Source of the DNA: Candidatus Woesebacteria bacterium
Lineage (GTDB): Bacteria; Patescibacteriota; Microgenomatia; UBA8517
DNA: 64,000 nt
Assembly (NCBI GenBank): GCA_020061305.1
Contig: JAGUYM010000014.1
Span: forward strand, 117,920 to 181,919
Direction: 5' to 3'
The notes under the pieces were generated by a model. It was not told the origin of the DNA and did no database searches. It was given only the letters and a program-made list of their open reading frames with translations. The translations under genes were made by a program, and so were the position numbers. Shown here in pieces: positions 37,272 through 47,070 of this stretch (its first letter is position 1; each line of letters opens with the position of its first letter).

Positions 37272-39440
37272 ATGGCCGAGGAAAAAGCAAAAAAGTCCAG
37301 TATGGTTATGACGGTTACTAAAGACCGTCAAGTTCCTTTGGATAAAATTAGAAACATCGGGATTATTGCCCACATTGATGCAGGAAAAACTACAACAACA
37401 GAAAGACTTCTTTATGAAACAGGAAGAACTTATAAATTAGGATCAGTCGATGATGGGACAACAGTTACTGACTGGATGGCACAGGAAAGAGAAAGAGGCA
37501 TAACAATAGTTTCAGCCGCAATTACCGCTTTTTGGGAATTAAAGGAAACCAGTTCCGTAGAGAATGGAAAATATAGAATTAATTTAATAGACACTCCTGG
37601 TCATATTGATTTTACTGCAGAAGTTGAAAGATCTCTTAGGGTTCTTGACGGAGCTTTGATGGTTTTTGACGGTAGAACTGGAGTTGAAAGCCAATCTGAA
37701 ACGGTTTGGAGACAGGCTGATAAATATGATGTTCCAAGAATTTGTGTTTTAAATAAACTTAATTTAATTGGGGCTGATTTTGAAGCTTCAATAAAATCAA
37801 TTAGAGAAAGATTGGGTGCAAATGCCTCACCTGTAACTTACCCAATTGGATTGGAACATGCACATCGTGGAGTAGTTGATTTAATATCTATGAAGGCCTT
37901 AACCTATAAAGCAATTGAAGATCATGCATTAACTGAAGAAGAAATCCCTGCAGACCTACTTGAAATTGTTAAAAAATATAGACAAGAACTTATCGAAAAA
38001 GTTTCCGAATTTGATGATAAAGCACTTGAGTATTACATGGAAGGAAAAGAACCAGATGAAATTACTTTAAAAAGAGCAATTAGAAAAGGTGTTATAAGTG
38101 GCAAGTTTTTCCCAGTATTTGGTGGAGATAACAGAACTGCAGAAAGCCAACTTTTATTAGATGGAGTTGTTGAATATTTACCATCTCCTACTGATTTGGT
38201 AGCAGTAACAGGAACAAACCCCAAAACTGGAGAGGTAGTTAAAAGAGAAAGAAAAAATGAGGAAGTTTTTTCAGGTCTTGCCTTTAAAGTCGTGACCGAT
38301 CCACATGTGGGAAGGCTTGTTTATGTCAGGGTTTATTCGGGGACACTAAAAACAGGTCAAACAGTATTAAACACCACAAAACAAATTCAAGAAAGAATTG
38401 GAAAATTGGTTCTTCTTCATGCTGACCAAAGAGAACTTATAGAAGAAGCATTTGCTGGTGAAATCGTTGCAGTAGTCGGGGTTAAAGACACTTCAACGGG
38501 TCACACTATTTGCGATCCATCTCAGCCGATTTATCTCGAGTCGATATCTTTCCCTGAACCAGTTATTTCCCTTGCTATTGAACCTGCAACAAAATCAGAT
38601 CAGGAAAAAATGGGAATTGCATTAAATAAACTTTCTGATGAAGACCCCACATTTAGAATCAAAACAAATCAGGAAACCGGCCAGACAATTATTGCAGGTA
38701 TGGGGGAACTTCAGTTGGAGGTTTTGGTTGATAGAATGAAAAGAGAATTTAATGTGGTCGCGACCACAGGTGCACCTCAAGTTGCCTACAAAGAAACTAT
38801 TAAAAAATATGCAGAGGGTGAGGGTAAATACATTAGGCAAACTGGGGGTAGAGGTCAATATGGGCACTGTTTCATCAAAGTTGAGCCAAAAGGTAGAGGT
38901 GAAGGATTTGAGTTTGTTAATCAAATTAAAGGTGGAGCAATTCCGGCAGAATATATTCCTGCAATTGAAAAAGGTGTTAAGGAAAAACTTGAAAATGGAA
39001 TCATGGCAGGATTTCCACTAGTTGATGTTAAGGTGATCGTTTATGATGGAACCTATCACGATGTAGATTCTTCTGAAATGGCCTTTAAGATTGCGGGATC
39101 GATGGGGGTTGAGGATGCTGTCAGAAAAGCTGACATGGTTCTTCTGGAACCTATTATGAAGGTTGAGGTTTTTACACCTGCAGAATATATGGGTGATGTT
39201 ATGGGAGACCTTTCTAGTAAAAGAGGGCAGATTTCAGGGAGTGAAGAAAAGGCAGGAGAAACAGTTATCTATGGGATGGCACCTTTAGCTGAACTTTCAG
39301 GTTATGCAACTAAATTGAGATCTCTTACACAAGGAAGGGCAAGAGCATTCATAGAACCTTCCCATTATGAAGAGGTTCCAGCTCATATTGCAGCTCAAAT
39401 TGTAGCTAAATCCGGCAAGGTCGAAATGCCTCGTGGCTAA
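37272..39440 (+). CDS. fusA: elongation factor G
   Basis: AHIDAGKTTTTERLL, DTPGHIDF, NKLN G-domain motifs; domains II-V. Confidence 0.95.
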   Translation: MAEEKAKKSSMVMTVTKDRQVPLDKIRNIGIIAHIDAGKTTTTERLLYETGRTYKLGSVDDGTTVTDWMAQERERGITIVSAAITAFWELKETSSVENGKYRINLIDTPGHIDFTAEVERSLRVLDGALMVFDGRTGVESQSETVWRQADKYDVPRICVLNKLNLIGADFEASIKSIRERLGANASPVTYPIGLEHAHRGVVDLISMKALTYKAIEDHALTEEEIPADLLEIVKKYRQELIEKVSEFDDKALEYYMEGKEPDEITLKRAIRKGVISGKFFPVFGGDNRTAESQLLLDGVVEYLPSPTDLVAVTGTNPKTGEVVKRERKNEEVFSGLAFKVVTDPHVGRLVYVRVYSGTLKTGQTVLNTTKQIQERIGKLVLLHADQRELIEEAFAGEIVAVVGVKDTSTGHTICDPSQPIYLESISFPEPVISLAIEPATKSDQEKMGIALNKLSDEDPTFRIKTNQETGQTIIAGMGELQLEVLVDRMKREFNVVATTGAPQVAYKETIKKYAEGEGKYIRQTGGRGQYGHCFIKVEPKGRGEGFEFVNQIKGGAIPAEYIPAIEKGVKEKLENGIMAGFPLVDVKVIVYDGTYHDVDSSEMAFKIAGSMGVEDAVRKADMVLLEPIMKVEVFTPAEYMGDVMGDLSSKRGQISGSEEKAGETVIYGMAPLAELSGYATKLRSLTQGRARAFIEPSHYEEVPAHIAAQIVAKSGKVEMPRG

Positions 39441-39549
39441 CACCAAATTTCAAATTTATAATGAAAATTATCAACTAATTGATAATTAAATATTAAATAA
39501 ATGAAAATTTATTGAAAATTGTAAATTAGATTTAACCTTATTTTAGGTG

Positions 39550-39579
39550 TTGACACTTTTTGTTGGTGTCATTTATAAT
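39550..39579 (+). promoter_or_regulatory. sigma70-like promoter for tuf (TTGACA-18-TATAAT), followed by a terminator-like hairpin (39590-39618)
   Basis: hexamers at 39550-39555 and 39574-39579; GAGGCA-ATAGAGA-TGCCTC + TTGTTTTTTG. Confidence 0.6.
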
Positions 39580-39646
39580 ACCTTTGCTTGAGGCAATAGA
39601 GATGCCTCTTGTTTTTTGAAAGATTTGAAAATATAATAATAAAACT

Positions 39647-40852
39647 ATGGCACCAGCAGATACAAAACAAAAATTTGATAGGACGAAACCACATGTCAAT
39701 GTTGGTACTATTGGCCATGTAGATCATGGAAAGACAACTTTAACGGCTGCTATTACTACCGTTCTTGCAAAAAATTTTCCGGGTGGAGTAAATAAGGCCT
39801 ATGCATTTGATCAAATTGATGCGGCACCAGAAGAAAAGCAAAGAGGAGTTACAATTAACATTTCCCATGTAGAGTACGAAACCAACAAAAGGCACTATGC
39901 TCATATTGATGCTCCAGGCCACGCAGACTACATCAAAAACATGATTACGGGTGCAGCTCAAATGGACGGTGCCATTTTGGTTGTATCGGCTCCGGATGGA
40001 CCAATGCCTCAAACAAGAGAACATGTTATTCTTGCCCGTCAGGTTAATGTTCCGGCACTTGTAGTTGCGCTTAATAAGTGTGATGCCATGACAGATCCAG
40101 AGCTTTTGGATTTGGTCGAAGCAGACATTCGAGACCTTCTTAAGAAATATCAGTTCCCTGGTGATGAAATCCCAGTTGTAAGGGTTTCCGCACTTAAGGC
40201 AATGGAAGGTGATGCAGAGGCTCAGAATGGAATCTTGGAACTCATGAAAAAAGTAGATGAGTATATTCCTGATCCAGTCAGAGATACTGAAAAGCCATTC
40301 TTGATGCCGGTTGAAGATGTTTTCTCAATCTCGGGTCGTGGAACGGTTGTTACAGGTAGAGTTGAAAGAGGTCAGATTAATGTTAATGAGGAAATTGAGA
40401 TAGTTGGTATTAAAGCGACACAAAAATCTACAGTTACAGGTCTTGAAATGTTTAGAAAGCTTCTTGATTCAGCAGTTGCTGGCGACAATGTTGGAGTACT
40501 TTTAAGAGGTATTGAAAAAGATCAAGTTGAAAGAGGACAAGTGTTGGCAAAGCCCGGATCAGTTACACCACACACAGAGTTTGAAGCTGAGGTTTATATT
40601 CTTTCCAAGGACGAAGGTGGAAGACACACACCGTTCTTTACTGGTTACAAACCACAGTTCTTTATAAGAACCGGGGATATTACAGGTGAAGTAAAACTTC
40701 CTGAAGGTGTTGAAATGGTTATGCCTGGAGACAATGCAAAGATGAGTGTTAAACTTATTGCTCCAGTTGCAATGGAAGAAGGTTTGAGGTTCGCTATAAG
40801 AGAAGGTGGACATACAGTTGGAGCGGGTATTATTACAAAGATAATTGCCTAA
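39647..40852 (+). CDS. tuf: elongation factor Tu
   Basis: [27 protein letters not shown]. Confidence 0.97.
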   Translation: MAPADTKQKFDRTKPHVNVGTIGHVDHGKTTLTAAITTVLAKNFPGGVNKAYAFDQIDAAPEEKQRGVTINISHVEYETNKRHYAHIDAPGHADYIKNMITGAAQMDGAILVVSAPDGPMPQTREHVILARQVNVPALVVALNKCDAMTDPELLDLVEADIRDLLKKYQFPGDEIPVVRVSALKAMEGDAEAQNGILELMKKVDEYIPDPVRDTEKPFLMPVEDVFSISGRGTVVTGRVERGQINVNEEIEIVGIKATQKSTVTGLEMFRKLLDSAVAGDNVGVLLRGIEKDQVERGQVLAKPGSVTPHTEFEAEVYILSKDEGGRHTPFFTGYKPQFFIRTGDITGEVKLPEGVEMVMPGDNAKMSVKLIAPVAMEEGLRFAIREGGHTVGAGIITKIIA

Positions 40853-40876
40853 ATATTATTATTAGCACTTTATTTT

Positions 40877-41179
40877 ATGCAGAGAATTAGAGTTAAGCTA
40901 AAAGCTTACGACCACAGAGTACTAGACGAAGCGGCTAGTAAAATTATTGATAGCGCATTGGCTTCAGGTGCAAAAGTTTCAGGACCGACCCCACTTCCAA
41001 CAGAACGATCGATAACAGTTATTAAGGAATCTCCATTTACGGATAAAGATGCCCAAGAGCATTATGAAGTGTTAATTCACAAAAGAATGATTGATATTAT
41101 TGATCCCACACCTAGAACAGTGGATTCCTTGGGTAATTTTGACCTCCCTGCTGGCGTCTCCATAGAAATCAAAATATAA
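40877..41179 (+). CDS. rpsJ: 30S ribosomal protein S10
   Basis: MQRIRVKLKAYDHRVLDEAASKIIDSALASGAKVSGPTPLPT. Confidence 0.95.
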   Translation: MQRIRVKLKAYDHRVLDEAASKIIDSALASGAKVSGPTPLPTERSITVIKESPFTDKDAQEHYEVLIHKRMIDIIDPTPRTVDSLGNFDLPAGVSIEIKI

Positions 41180-41199
41180 ATTTTAAATAAATCATTTAC

Positions 41200-41229
41200 T
41201 TGCGTAAACCCAGCTTTGTTTGATATAAT
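41200..41229 (+). promoter_or_regulatory. sigma70-like promoter (TTGCGT-18-TATAAT) inside the rpsJ-rplC intergenic region
   Basis: hexamers at 41200-41205 and 41224-41229. Confidence 0.5.
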
Positions 41230-41300
41230 TCTATTCTATAGAAACATGGAGGTGGTTATACTAGTCTAAACCTTGGAGTTCCTTAGGCTTAAAGGATTAA

Positions 41301-41323
41301 AGACGCCTTCGGCGTTTTTTTTT
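41301..41323 (+). terminator. intrinsic terminator (GC stem with a UUC(G)-type loop + 9 U) ~25 nt upstream of rplC
   Basis: AGACGCC-TTC-GGCGT followed by TTTTTTTTT (41315-41323). Confidence 0.6.
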
Positions 41324-41346
41324 GGCTAGCTAGTCTTACTAAAAAA

Positions 41347-41970
41347 ATGAATAAACTATTTGGTATAAAAGATAGAATGACACAAGTTTTTGTCAATGAT
41401 ATTCGTGTTCCTGTAACTGTGGTCAAAATGGAGCCTTCAGTTGTTGCGCAGATTAAGACTATGAAAAAAGATGGTTATCAGGCAATTCAACTAGCTACCC
41501 ACTTTAATAGAAAACCCAAAAACACTTCTAAACAGCTTCGGGGAAAAATTAAACCACAAAATAATAAATATCCGAGATTTTTAAGAGAAATAAGGGTCGA
41601 TGATGAGTTTCAATATAAAATTGGAGATCTAATTAAAATAGAAGATGTTTTTGCTGTTGGGGATAAAGTAAAAGTAACTAGTGTAACAAAAGGCAAGGGT
41701 TTTGCTGGAGGAATTAGAAGATATGGCTTCCATGGTGGCCCTAAAACACATGGTCAATCGGATCGTCATAGAGCCCCAGGTTCTATTGGTCAAACCACAA
41801 CTCCTGGGAGAGTTTATAAAGGTAAAAGAATGGCAGGAAGAATGGGGTCAGATACGAAAACAGTTAAAAATTTAAAAATACTTTCTATAGATAATGAAAA
41901 AAATACCATTAATTTAAATGGTCCAATACCTGGAGTTCCAGGATCACTGGTTACAATTATTAAATTATGA
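41347..41970 (+). CDS. rplC: 50S ribosomal protein L3
   Basis: L3 family, GKGFAGGIRRYGF motif. Confidence 0.95.
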   Translation: MNKLFGIKDRMTQVFVNDIRVPVTVVKMEPSVVAQIKTMKKDGYQAIQLATHFNRKPKNTSKQLRGKIKPQNNKYPRFLREIRVDDEFQYKIGDLIKIEDVFAVGDKVKVTSVTKGKGFAGGIRRYGFHGGPKTHGQSDRHRAPGSIGQTTTPGRVYKGKRMAGRMGSDTKTVKNLKILSIDNEKNTINLNGPIPGVPGSLVTIIKL

Positions 41971-42551
41971 AAATATCTGACTTAAAATTACCGAAGAAAT
42001 TTAAGACCAAAGAATTAAATAAATCTACTTTAAAGCAGGTTTTGGGAGTTTATGAAGATAAACTTCATTTAGGACTAAATAAAGTAAAAACTAGATCAGA
42101 GATAAACAGAACAAAGAAAAAATGGTATAAACAAAAAGGCACCGGAGGGGCAAGGCATGGAGCAAGATCGGCGCATGTTTTTGTGGGTGGTGGAGTAGCG
42201 CATGGCCCAACTGGAGTAAAAAGAATCAAAAAACTTACTAAAAATATCAAAAAATTGGCAACAAATTATGCGATTTCTTTGAAAGAAAAGGAGAAAAATT
42301 TGGTTTTGGTTTCGGCTCTTGAAAAGGTTAAAAAAACTGCAGAAATTTCCAAATTTATTAAAAATTTGAACACAGGAAATAAAAAAATATTATTTGCGAT
42401 AAGTGAAAAAAATAAAGATTCGGTAAAATTTATTAGAAACTTAAGGAATGTCAATGTGATGACTTTTGAAAATCTGAATGCATACCAAATTATAAAGCAT
42501 GGTATGTTAATAATTGATGAAACTGTGTTTAAAAAAGAAAAAATAAAATGA
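41967..42551 (+). CDS. rplD: 50S ribosomal protein L4
   Basis: KQKGTGGARHGARSAHVFVGGGVAHGP. Confidence 0.93.
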   Translation: MKISDLKLPKKFKTKELNKSTLKQVLGVYEDKLHLGLNKVKTRSEINRTKKKWYKQKGTGGARHGARSAHVFVGGGVAHGPTGVKRIKKLTKNIKKLATNYAISLKEKEKNLVLVSALEKVKKTAEISKFIKNLNTGNKKILFAISEKNKDSVKFIRNLRNVNVMTFENLNAYQIIKHGMLIIDETVFKKEKIK

Positions 42552-42844
42552 AAATAAAGCCAATTTATACTGAAAAAAGCTTAGATTTAAGTAAAAAAGG
42601 AGTTTACAGTTTTTGGGTTTTGCCAAATTTTAGTAAAAATGAAATTTCAAATTACCTAAAATCCAACTTTGATGTTGTTGTTGGTAATATCAAAACTTTA
42701 AATTACAAAAAGCTTAAGAAAAAAACAATGAGAGGGGTAGTTAAAACTATTCCTGCAATGAAGAAGGTGTTGGTAACCTTAAAATCGGGGACACTTAATT
42801 GGTATGAGGAAGAGAAAAAGAAGATTAAACCTAAAAAGAAATGA
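42548..42844 (+). CDS. rplW: 50S ribosomal protein L23
   Basis: L23 family; position in S10 operon. Confidence 0.9.
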   Translation: MKIKPIYTEKSLDLSKKGVYSFWVLPNFSKNEISNYLKSNFDVVVGNIKTLNYKKLKKKTMRGVVKTIPAMKKVLVTLKSGTLNWYEEEKKKIKPKKK

Positions 42845-43602
42845 GAAAACTTAAAATTTTATTAAATAAAAAATCAGGCCGAAACAACCAAGGAAGGCTG
42901 ACCATAAGGCATCAAGGTGGGAGGCATAAAAGATTTTTAAGGCTCATTGATTTTGTGAGAAGCAAAAAAGATGTTTGGGCCAAGGTGGAAGGAATTGAAT
43001 ATGATCCAAATAGAAATGCAAAAATCGCAAAAATTGTCTATGAAGATGGGTTAAGAAGTTATATAATAGCTCCCATTGGACTTGAAGTGGGTATGAAGAT
43101 ATTGTCTTCAAGTGATGCCCCCATTGAAGTTGGAAATTGTCTTCCACTAGGAAAAATTCCAGTGGGGCGAATGGTACATAATATTGAAATAAAACCTGGT
43201 AAGGGTGGTCAAGTTGCAAGAGGTGCTGGGGTAGGAGCAGTTGTTTTTGGGAGAGAAGACAAATATGTTTTAGTAAAAATGCCATCCAGTGAAATTAGGA
43301 GATTTTTACCCGAATGCACTGCAGTTATCGGGCAAGTCGGAAATGAGGAAGCAAAAAATGTCAATTTAAGAAAAGCAGGTGCTAGAAGGTGGAGGGGGAT
43401 AAGGCCAACTGTTCGTGGAGTTGCAATGCATCCTAAGGCTCATCCGCATGGTGGTGGTGAAGGAAGAAGCGGTGTTGGACTTAAATATCCAAAGACACCA
43501 TGGGGTAAAAAGGCCGTTGGAAAAACAAGAAAATATAAAAAATATTCAGACTATTTAATAGTTGAGGGTAGAAAAAGAGGAAAGGCGGGTTTGACCAAAT
43601 AA
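42841..43602 (+). CDS. rplB: 50S ribosomal protein L2
   Basis: [19 protein letters not shown] motif. Confidence 0.95.
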   Translation: MRKLKILLNKKSGRNNQGRLTIRHQGGRHKRFLRLIDFVRSKKDVWAKVEGIEYDPNRNAKIAKIVYEDGLRSYIIAPIGLEVGMKILSSSDAPIEVGNCLPLGKIPVGRMVHNIEIKPGKGGQVARGAGVGAVVFGREDKYVLVKMPSSEIRRFLPECTAVIGQVGNEEAKNVNLRKAGARRWRGIRPTVRGVAMHPKAHPHGGGEGRSGVGLKYPKTPWGKKAVGKTRKYKKYSDYLIVEGRKRGKAGLTK

Positions 43603-43604
43603 AT

Positions 43605-43886
43605 ATGAGTAGAAGTAACAAAAAAGGACCGTTTGTAGATGAAAGACTAGTAAAAAAAGTCGCTTCCGGTATGGGCAATAAGGAAAACCCGATAAAAACA
43701 TGGTCAAGAGCCTGTCAAATATCGCCTGAGTTTGTAAATAAATATTTCCAAGTTCACAATGGAAAAATATTTATAGATGTTTTTGTAACTGAGGATATGG
43801 TGGGGCACAGACTTGGGGAATTTGCTCCAACAAGAACATTTAAAGGACATGGGGAAATAGTTAAAAGAACAATGGACAAGACTTAA
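43605..43886 (+). CDS. rpsS: 30S ribosomal protein S19
   Basis: [15 protein letters not shown]...[16 protein letters not shown]. Confidence 0.95.
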   Translation: MSRSNKKGPFVDERLVKKVASGMGNKENPIKTWSRACQISPEFVNKYFQVHNGKIFIDVFVTEDMVGHRLGEFAPTRTFKGHGEIVKRTMDKT

Positions 43887-43890
43887 TAAT

Positions 43891-44250
43891 ATGCAAATAA
43901 TATCTGAACAAAAACATTTACTAATTAGTCCTAGAAAAGTTAGGCCAGTTATCGATCTGATTAAAAAGATGACACCAAATGAAGCATTGGAAAAATTGCC
44001 ATTTATTAAAAAAAGAGCATCTGAAATCGTAGCTAAAGTAGTAAAATCAGCGATTTCAAATGCAATACAAAAAGGTATGGATTCAACAAACCTTATGTTT
44101 AAAGAGATAGTTGCTAATGAAGGACCAAGACTTAAAAGAGGTCAACCTGTGTCAAGAGGAAGGTGGCATCCGATTAAAAAAAGAATGACACACATTCGTG
44201 TTGTATTAACGACAAGAAAGGAGATAAAAAGAAATGAGTCAAAAAATTAA
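43891..44250 (+). CDS. rplV: 50S ribosomal protein L22
   Basis: L22 family; operon position. Confidence 0.92.
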   Translation: MQIISEQKHLLISPRKVRPVIDLIKKMTPNEALEKLPFIKKRASEIVAKVVKSAISNAIQKGMDSTNLMFKEIVANEGPRLKRGQPVSRGRWHPIKKRMTHIRVVLTTRKEIKRNESKN

Positions 44251-44887
44251 TCCAATCGGCTTTAGAGTGGGAAGAACCATAAACTGGAAATCTAGGTGGT
44301 TTGCTGGAAACAACAATTACAAAGATTTTCTTTTAGAGGATATTAAGCTCAGAAAAGAAATTATGAAAAAACTTGTTCCAGCTGGAGTAACCGAGGTTGA
44401 AATTGAGAGACTTCCTAAAAGTCTTTCAATTTCAGTTACAGTTTCAAGGCCAGGTGTGGTTATTGGCCGAGGCGGAACAGGGATTGAAGAACTCAAAAAT
44501 TTTGTGACCTTTTTACTTAAAGGTAGTAATGTGACTAACATTTCTCAAGTTAAAATCGATCTTAAAGTTAAAGAACTTAAAAATCCTGAGATGTCTGCAC
44601 ATTTGGTAGCTGAAAAAATTGCACTTGATTTGGAAAGAAGAATTCCTCACAGAAGGGTAGTTATGAAGGCCATGGAAAGAGTCATGACATCGGGAGCTGA
44701 AGGTATAAAAATAGTTCTTTCCGGAAGAATAAATGGGGCAGAAATTTCAAGAGTTGAAAAGTTTAAACAAGGTTCCGTATCCACCCAAACACTTAGAGAA
44801 ATCATAGATTATGGACAGCGTCCTGCATTGACCAAAAGAGGTTATGTTGGTGTAAAAGTTTGGATACACAAAAGAGAGGAAGACTAA
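44234..44887 (+). CDS. rpsC: 30S ribosomal protein S3
   Basis: KH domain + S3 C-terminal domain (MSQKINPIGFRVG...). Confidence 0.95.
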   Translation: MSQKINPIGFRVGRTINWKSRWFAGNNNYKDFLLEDIKLRKEIMKKLVPAGVTEVEIERLPKSLSISVTVSRPGVVIGRGGTGIEELKNFVTFLLKGSNVTNISQVKIDLKVKELKNPEMSAHLVAEKIALDLERRIPHRRVVMKAMERVMTSGAEGIKIVLSGRINGAEISRVEKFKQGSVSTQTLREIIDYGQRPALTKRGYVGVKVWIHKREED

Positions 44888-45288
44888 TGTTAAAACCAAG
44901 AAGAAGAAAATATATAAAAGATTTTAGAGGCAGAAGAAAGGGCCTTGCCGTAAGAGGAAGTGAAGTAGTTTTTGGAGATTTTGGGTTAAAATCCCTTGGT
45001 GTTTCTTGGGTAACTGCAAATCAAATAGAAGCTGCTAGAAGAGCAATTACCCATCATTTAAAAAGAGGTGGAAGGGTTTGGATTAGAATTTTTCCGGATA
45101 AACCAATAACTGGAAGGGCGGCGGGAAAGAGAATGGGTGGAGGAAAAGGTGATATAGTTAACCATGTTGCTGTAGTAAAACCGGGGAAAATTATGTTTGA
45201 AGTTGGAGGTGCAAGCGAAGAATTAATAAAAGAAGCTTTTGCAAAGGCAAGTGCCAAGCTTCCTGTTAAAACAAAAATGGTTTCTTAA
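44887..45288 (+). CDS. rplP: 50S ribosomal protein L16
   Basis: MLKPRRRKYIKDFRGRRKG...; start trimmed to the ATG at 44887 (TAATG overlap with rpsC). Confidence 0.93.
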   Translation: MLKPRRRKYIKDFRGRRKGLAVRGSEVVFGDFGLKSLGVSWVTANQIEAARRAITHHLKRGGRVWIRIFPDKPITGRAAGKRMGGGKGDIVNHVAVVKPGKIMFEVGGASEELIKEAFAKASAKLPVKTKMVS

Positions 45289-45296
45289 AAAAAGAT

Positions 45297-45455
45297 ATGA
45301 ATAATAGTGAACTAAAAAAATTGATTAGCAAAAAACGAGTTGAACTGGCAAAAATTCAGGTTAAAATAGCTAGTGGAAAAGAAAAAAACTTAAAACTTGC
45401 CAATAATATCAGAAAAGAAATAGCAAGGTTATTAACAAAATTAAATCAAAAATGA
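45297..45455 (+). CDS. rpmC: 50S ribosomal protein L29 (52 aa; absent from ORF track because <60 aa)
   Basis: manual translation MNNSELKKLISKKRVELAKIQVKIASGKEKNLKLANNIRKEIARLLTKLNQK; ATGA overlap with rpsQ. Confidence 0.85.
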   Translation: MNNSELKKLISKKRVELAKIQVKIASGKEKNLKLANNIRKEIARLLTKLNQK

Positions 45456-45673
45456 AAATATTTACAGGAAGAATAATTGGCATTAAAAACAATAAAACCA
45501 TTTCAGTTGAGGTGGAAAGATTCTTGTCACATAAACTTTATAAAAAAAGATACAAAAGAAGTAAGAAATATCAAGTACATAGCGAAAAAGAACATAAAGT
45601 TGGTGAAACTGTAAAGTTCATTGAATGTAAACCTATAAGTAAAACTAAAAAATGGAGAATAGTAGAAAAATAA
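45452..45673 (+). CDS. rpsQ: 30S ribosomal protein S17
   Basis: S17 family; operon position. Confidence 0.92.
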   Translation: MKIFTGRIIGIKNNKTISVEVERFLSHKLYKKRYKRSKKYQVHSEKEHKVGETVKFIECKPISKTKKWRIVEK

Positions 45674-45674
45674 C

Positions 45675-46040
45675 ATGGTACAACTGAGAACAATTTTACG
45701 ACCGGCAGACAACTCAGGAGCTAAAAAGTTGATGGTTATTGGGGTTCCGGGGAGGGTTGGTAGAAACGCATCTTTAGGAAAAGTGGTCTTGTGTGTTGTT
45801 ATGGGGGCAGATCCAAATGGTGCAGTTAAGGATCATGAAAAAGTAAAGGTGGTAATTGTTAGAACCAGAAAAGAAGTAAAAAGACCTGACGGCACCTATC
45901 TAAGGTTTGATGACAATGCAGGTGTGGTAATAGATAAACAAGGTTTACCTTTAGGGACAAGAGTTTTAGGTCCAATTGCACGAGAAGTTAAAGAAGCAGG
46001 ATTTAATAAAATTGCATCGTTGTCTAGAGAGGTCGTATGA
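45675..46040 (+). CDS. rplN: 50S ribosomal protein L14
   Basis: MVQLRTILRPADNSGAKKLMVIGV. Confidence 0.95.
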   Translation: MVQLRTILRPADNSGAKKLMVIGVPGRVGRNASLGKVVLCVVMGADPNGAVKDHEKVKVVIVRTRKEVKRPDGTYLRFDDNAGVVIDKQGLPLGTRVLGPIAREVKEAGFNKIASLSREVV

Positions 46041-46342
46041 ATAAAATTAAAGTAGGAGACACAGTCAAAGTGATAAGCGGTAAAGACAAGGGTCGTGAGG
46101 GCAAAGTGGAAAAAATTTTACCCAAAAAAAAGTCTGCAGTAGTTGTTGGGGTAAATATGTATAAAAGGCACTTGAAAGGTTTTCAAGGCCAAAAAGGAGG
46201 AATACACGATATAGCTAGGCCAATTTTAATTTCAAAGGTGATCTTAATTTGTCCCAATTGTAAAAAGGCGACCAGAGTTGGTGTAAAAATTGAAAAAGAA
46301 GAAAAATTAAGAATTTGTAAAAAGTGTAACAAAAAAATATGA
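46037..46342 (+). CDS. rplX: 50S ribosomal protein L24 with a C-terminal Cys4 zinc-ribbon-like extension
   Basis: KOW motif VKVISGKDKGREGKV; C-term CPNCKK...x19...CKKCNKKI. Confidence 0.9.
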   Translation: MNKIKVGDTVKVISGKDKGREGKVEKILPKKKSAVVVGVNMYKRHLKGFQGQKGGIHDIARPILISKVILICPNCKKATRVGVKIEKEEKLRICKKCNKKI

Positions 46343-46881
46343 CAAAGTTATTAGAAAAATATCAGAAAGAAATTAGACCTAAATTGATGGAAGAGTTTGG
46401 GATTAATAATTCAATGGCCACGCCTAGACTTATTAAAATTATCATAAATATCGGAATTGGAGACTTATTGAAGAACAAAGAGGGCAAAGAAGCTATACTT
46501 AGAGATTTTTCAGCCATTTTGGGACAGAAATTGGCCGAGAGAAAGGCCAGGATTTCAGTTTCTGCCTTTTCTGTTAGAGAAGGGATGGTTGTTGGTTTAA
46601 CGGGTACTTTAAGAAAGGTTAGAATGTATGATTTTTTTGATAAATTTGTTAATATAGTCCTTCCTCGGTTAAGAGATTTTAGGGGAGTTTCAAGGAAAAG
46701 CTTTGATGGTAGAGGAAATTATACGATTGGTTTTACTGATCATACAGTTTTTCCTGAAATTGATGTTACAAAATCAGCTCCTGCTCACGGATTTGAGATT
46801 ACTTTTGTAACAAATGCAAAAGGGGACGGAAAGGGAGAGAGGTTATTAGAATTATTGGGAATGCCCTTTACGAAAAATTAA
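46339..46881 (+). CDS. rplE: 50S ribosomal protein L5
   Basis: L5 family. Confidence 0.95.
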   Translation: MTKLLEKYQKEIRPKLMEEFGINNSMATPRLIKIIINIGIGDLLKNKEGKEAILRDFSAILGQKLAERKARISVSAFSVREGMVVGLTGTLRKVRMYDFFDKFVNIVLPRLRDFRGVSRKSFDGRGNYTIGFTDHTVFPEIDVTKSAPAHGFEITFVTNAKGDGKGERLLELLGMPFTKN

Positions 46882-46884
46882 ATT

Positions 46885-47070
46885 ATGGCAACAACAGCAA
46901 AAGAACAGAGAGAGTTAAAAAAATTAAAGTATAAAATAAGGTATAGAAACCGATGTAAGTTGTGTGGGAGACCAAGGGGTTATATAAGAAAATTTGGTCT
47001 ATGCAGACTTTGTTTTAGAGAACAGGCATTGGCGGGTAATTTACCCGGCGTTAGAAAGGCAAGTTGGTAA
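46885..47070 (+). CDS. rpsZ: 30S ribosomal protein S14 type Z (zinc-binding, 61 aa)
   Basis: [20 protein letters not shown]. Confidence 0.93.
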   Translation: MATTAKEQRELKKLKYKIRYRNRCKLCGRPRGYIRKFGLCRLCFREQALAGNLPGVRKASW

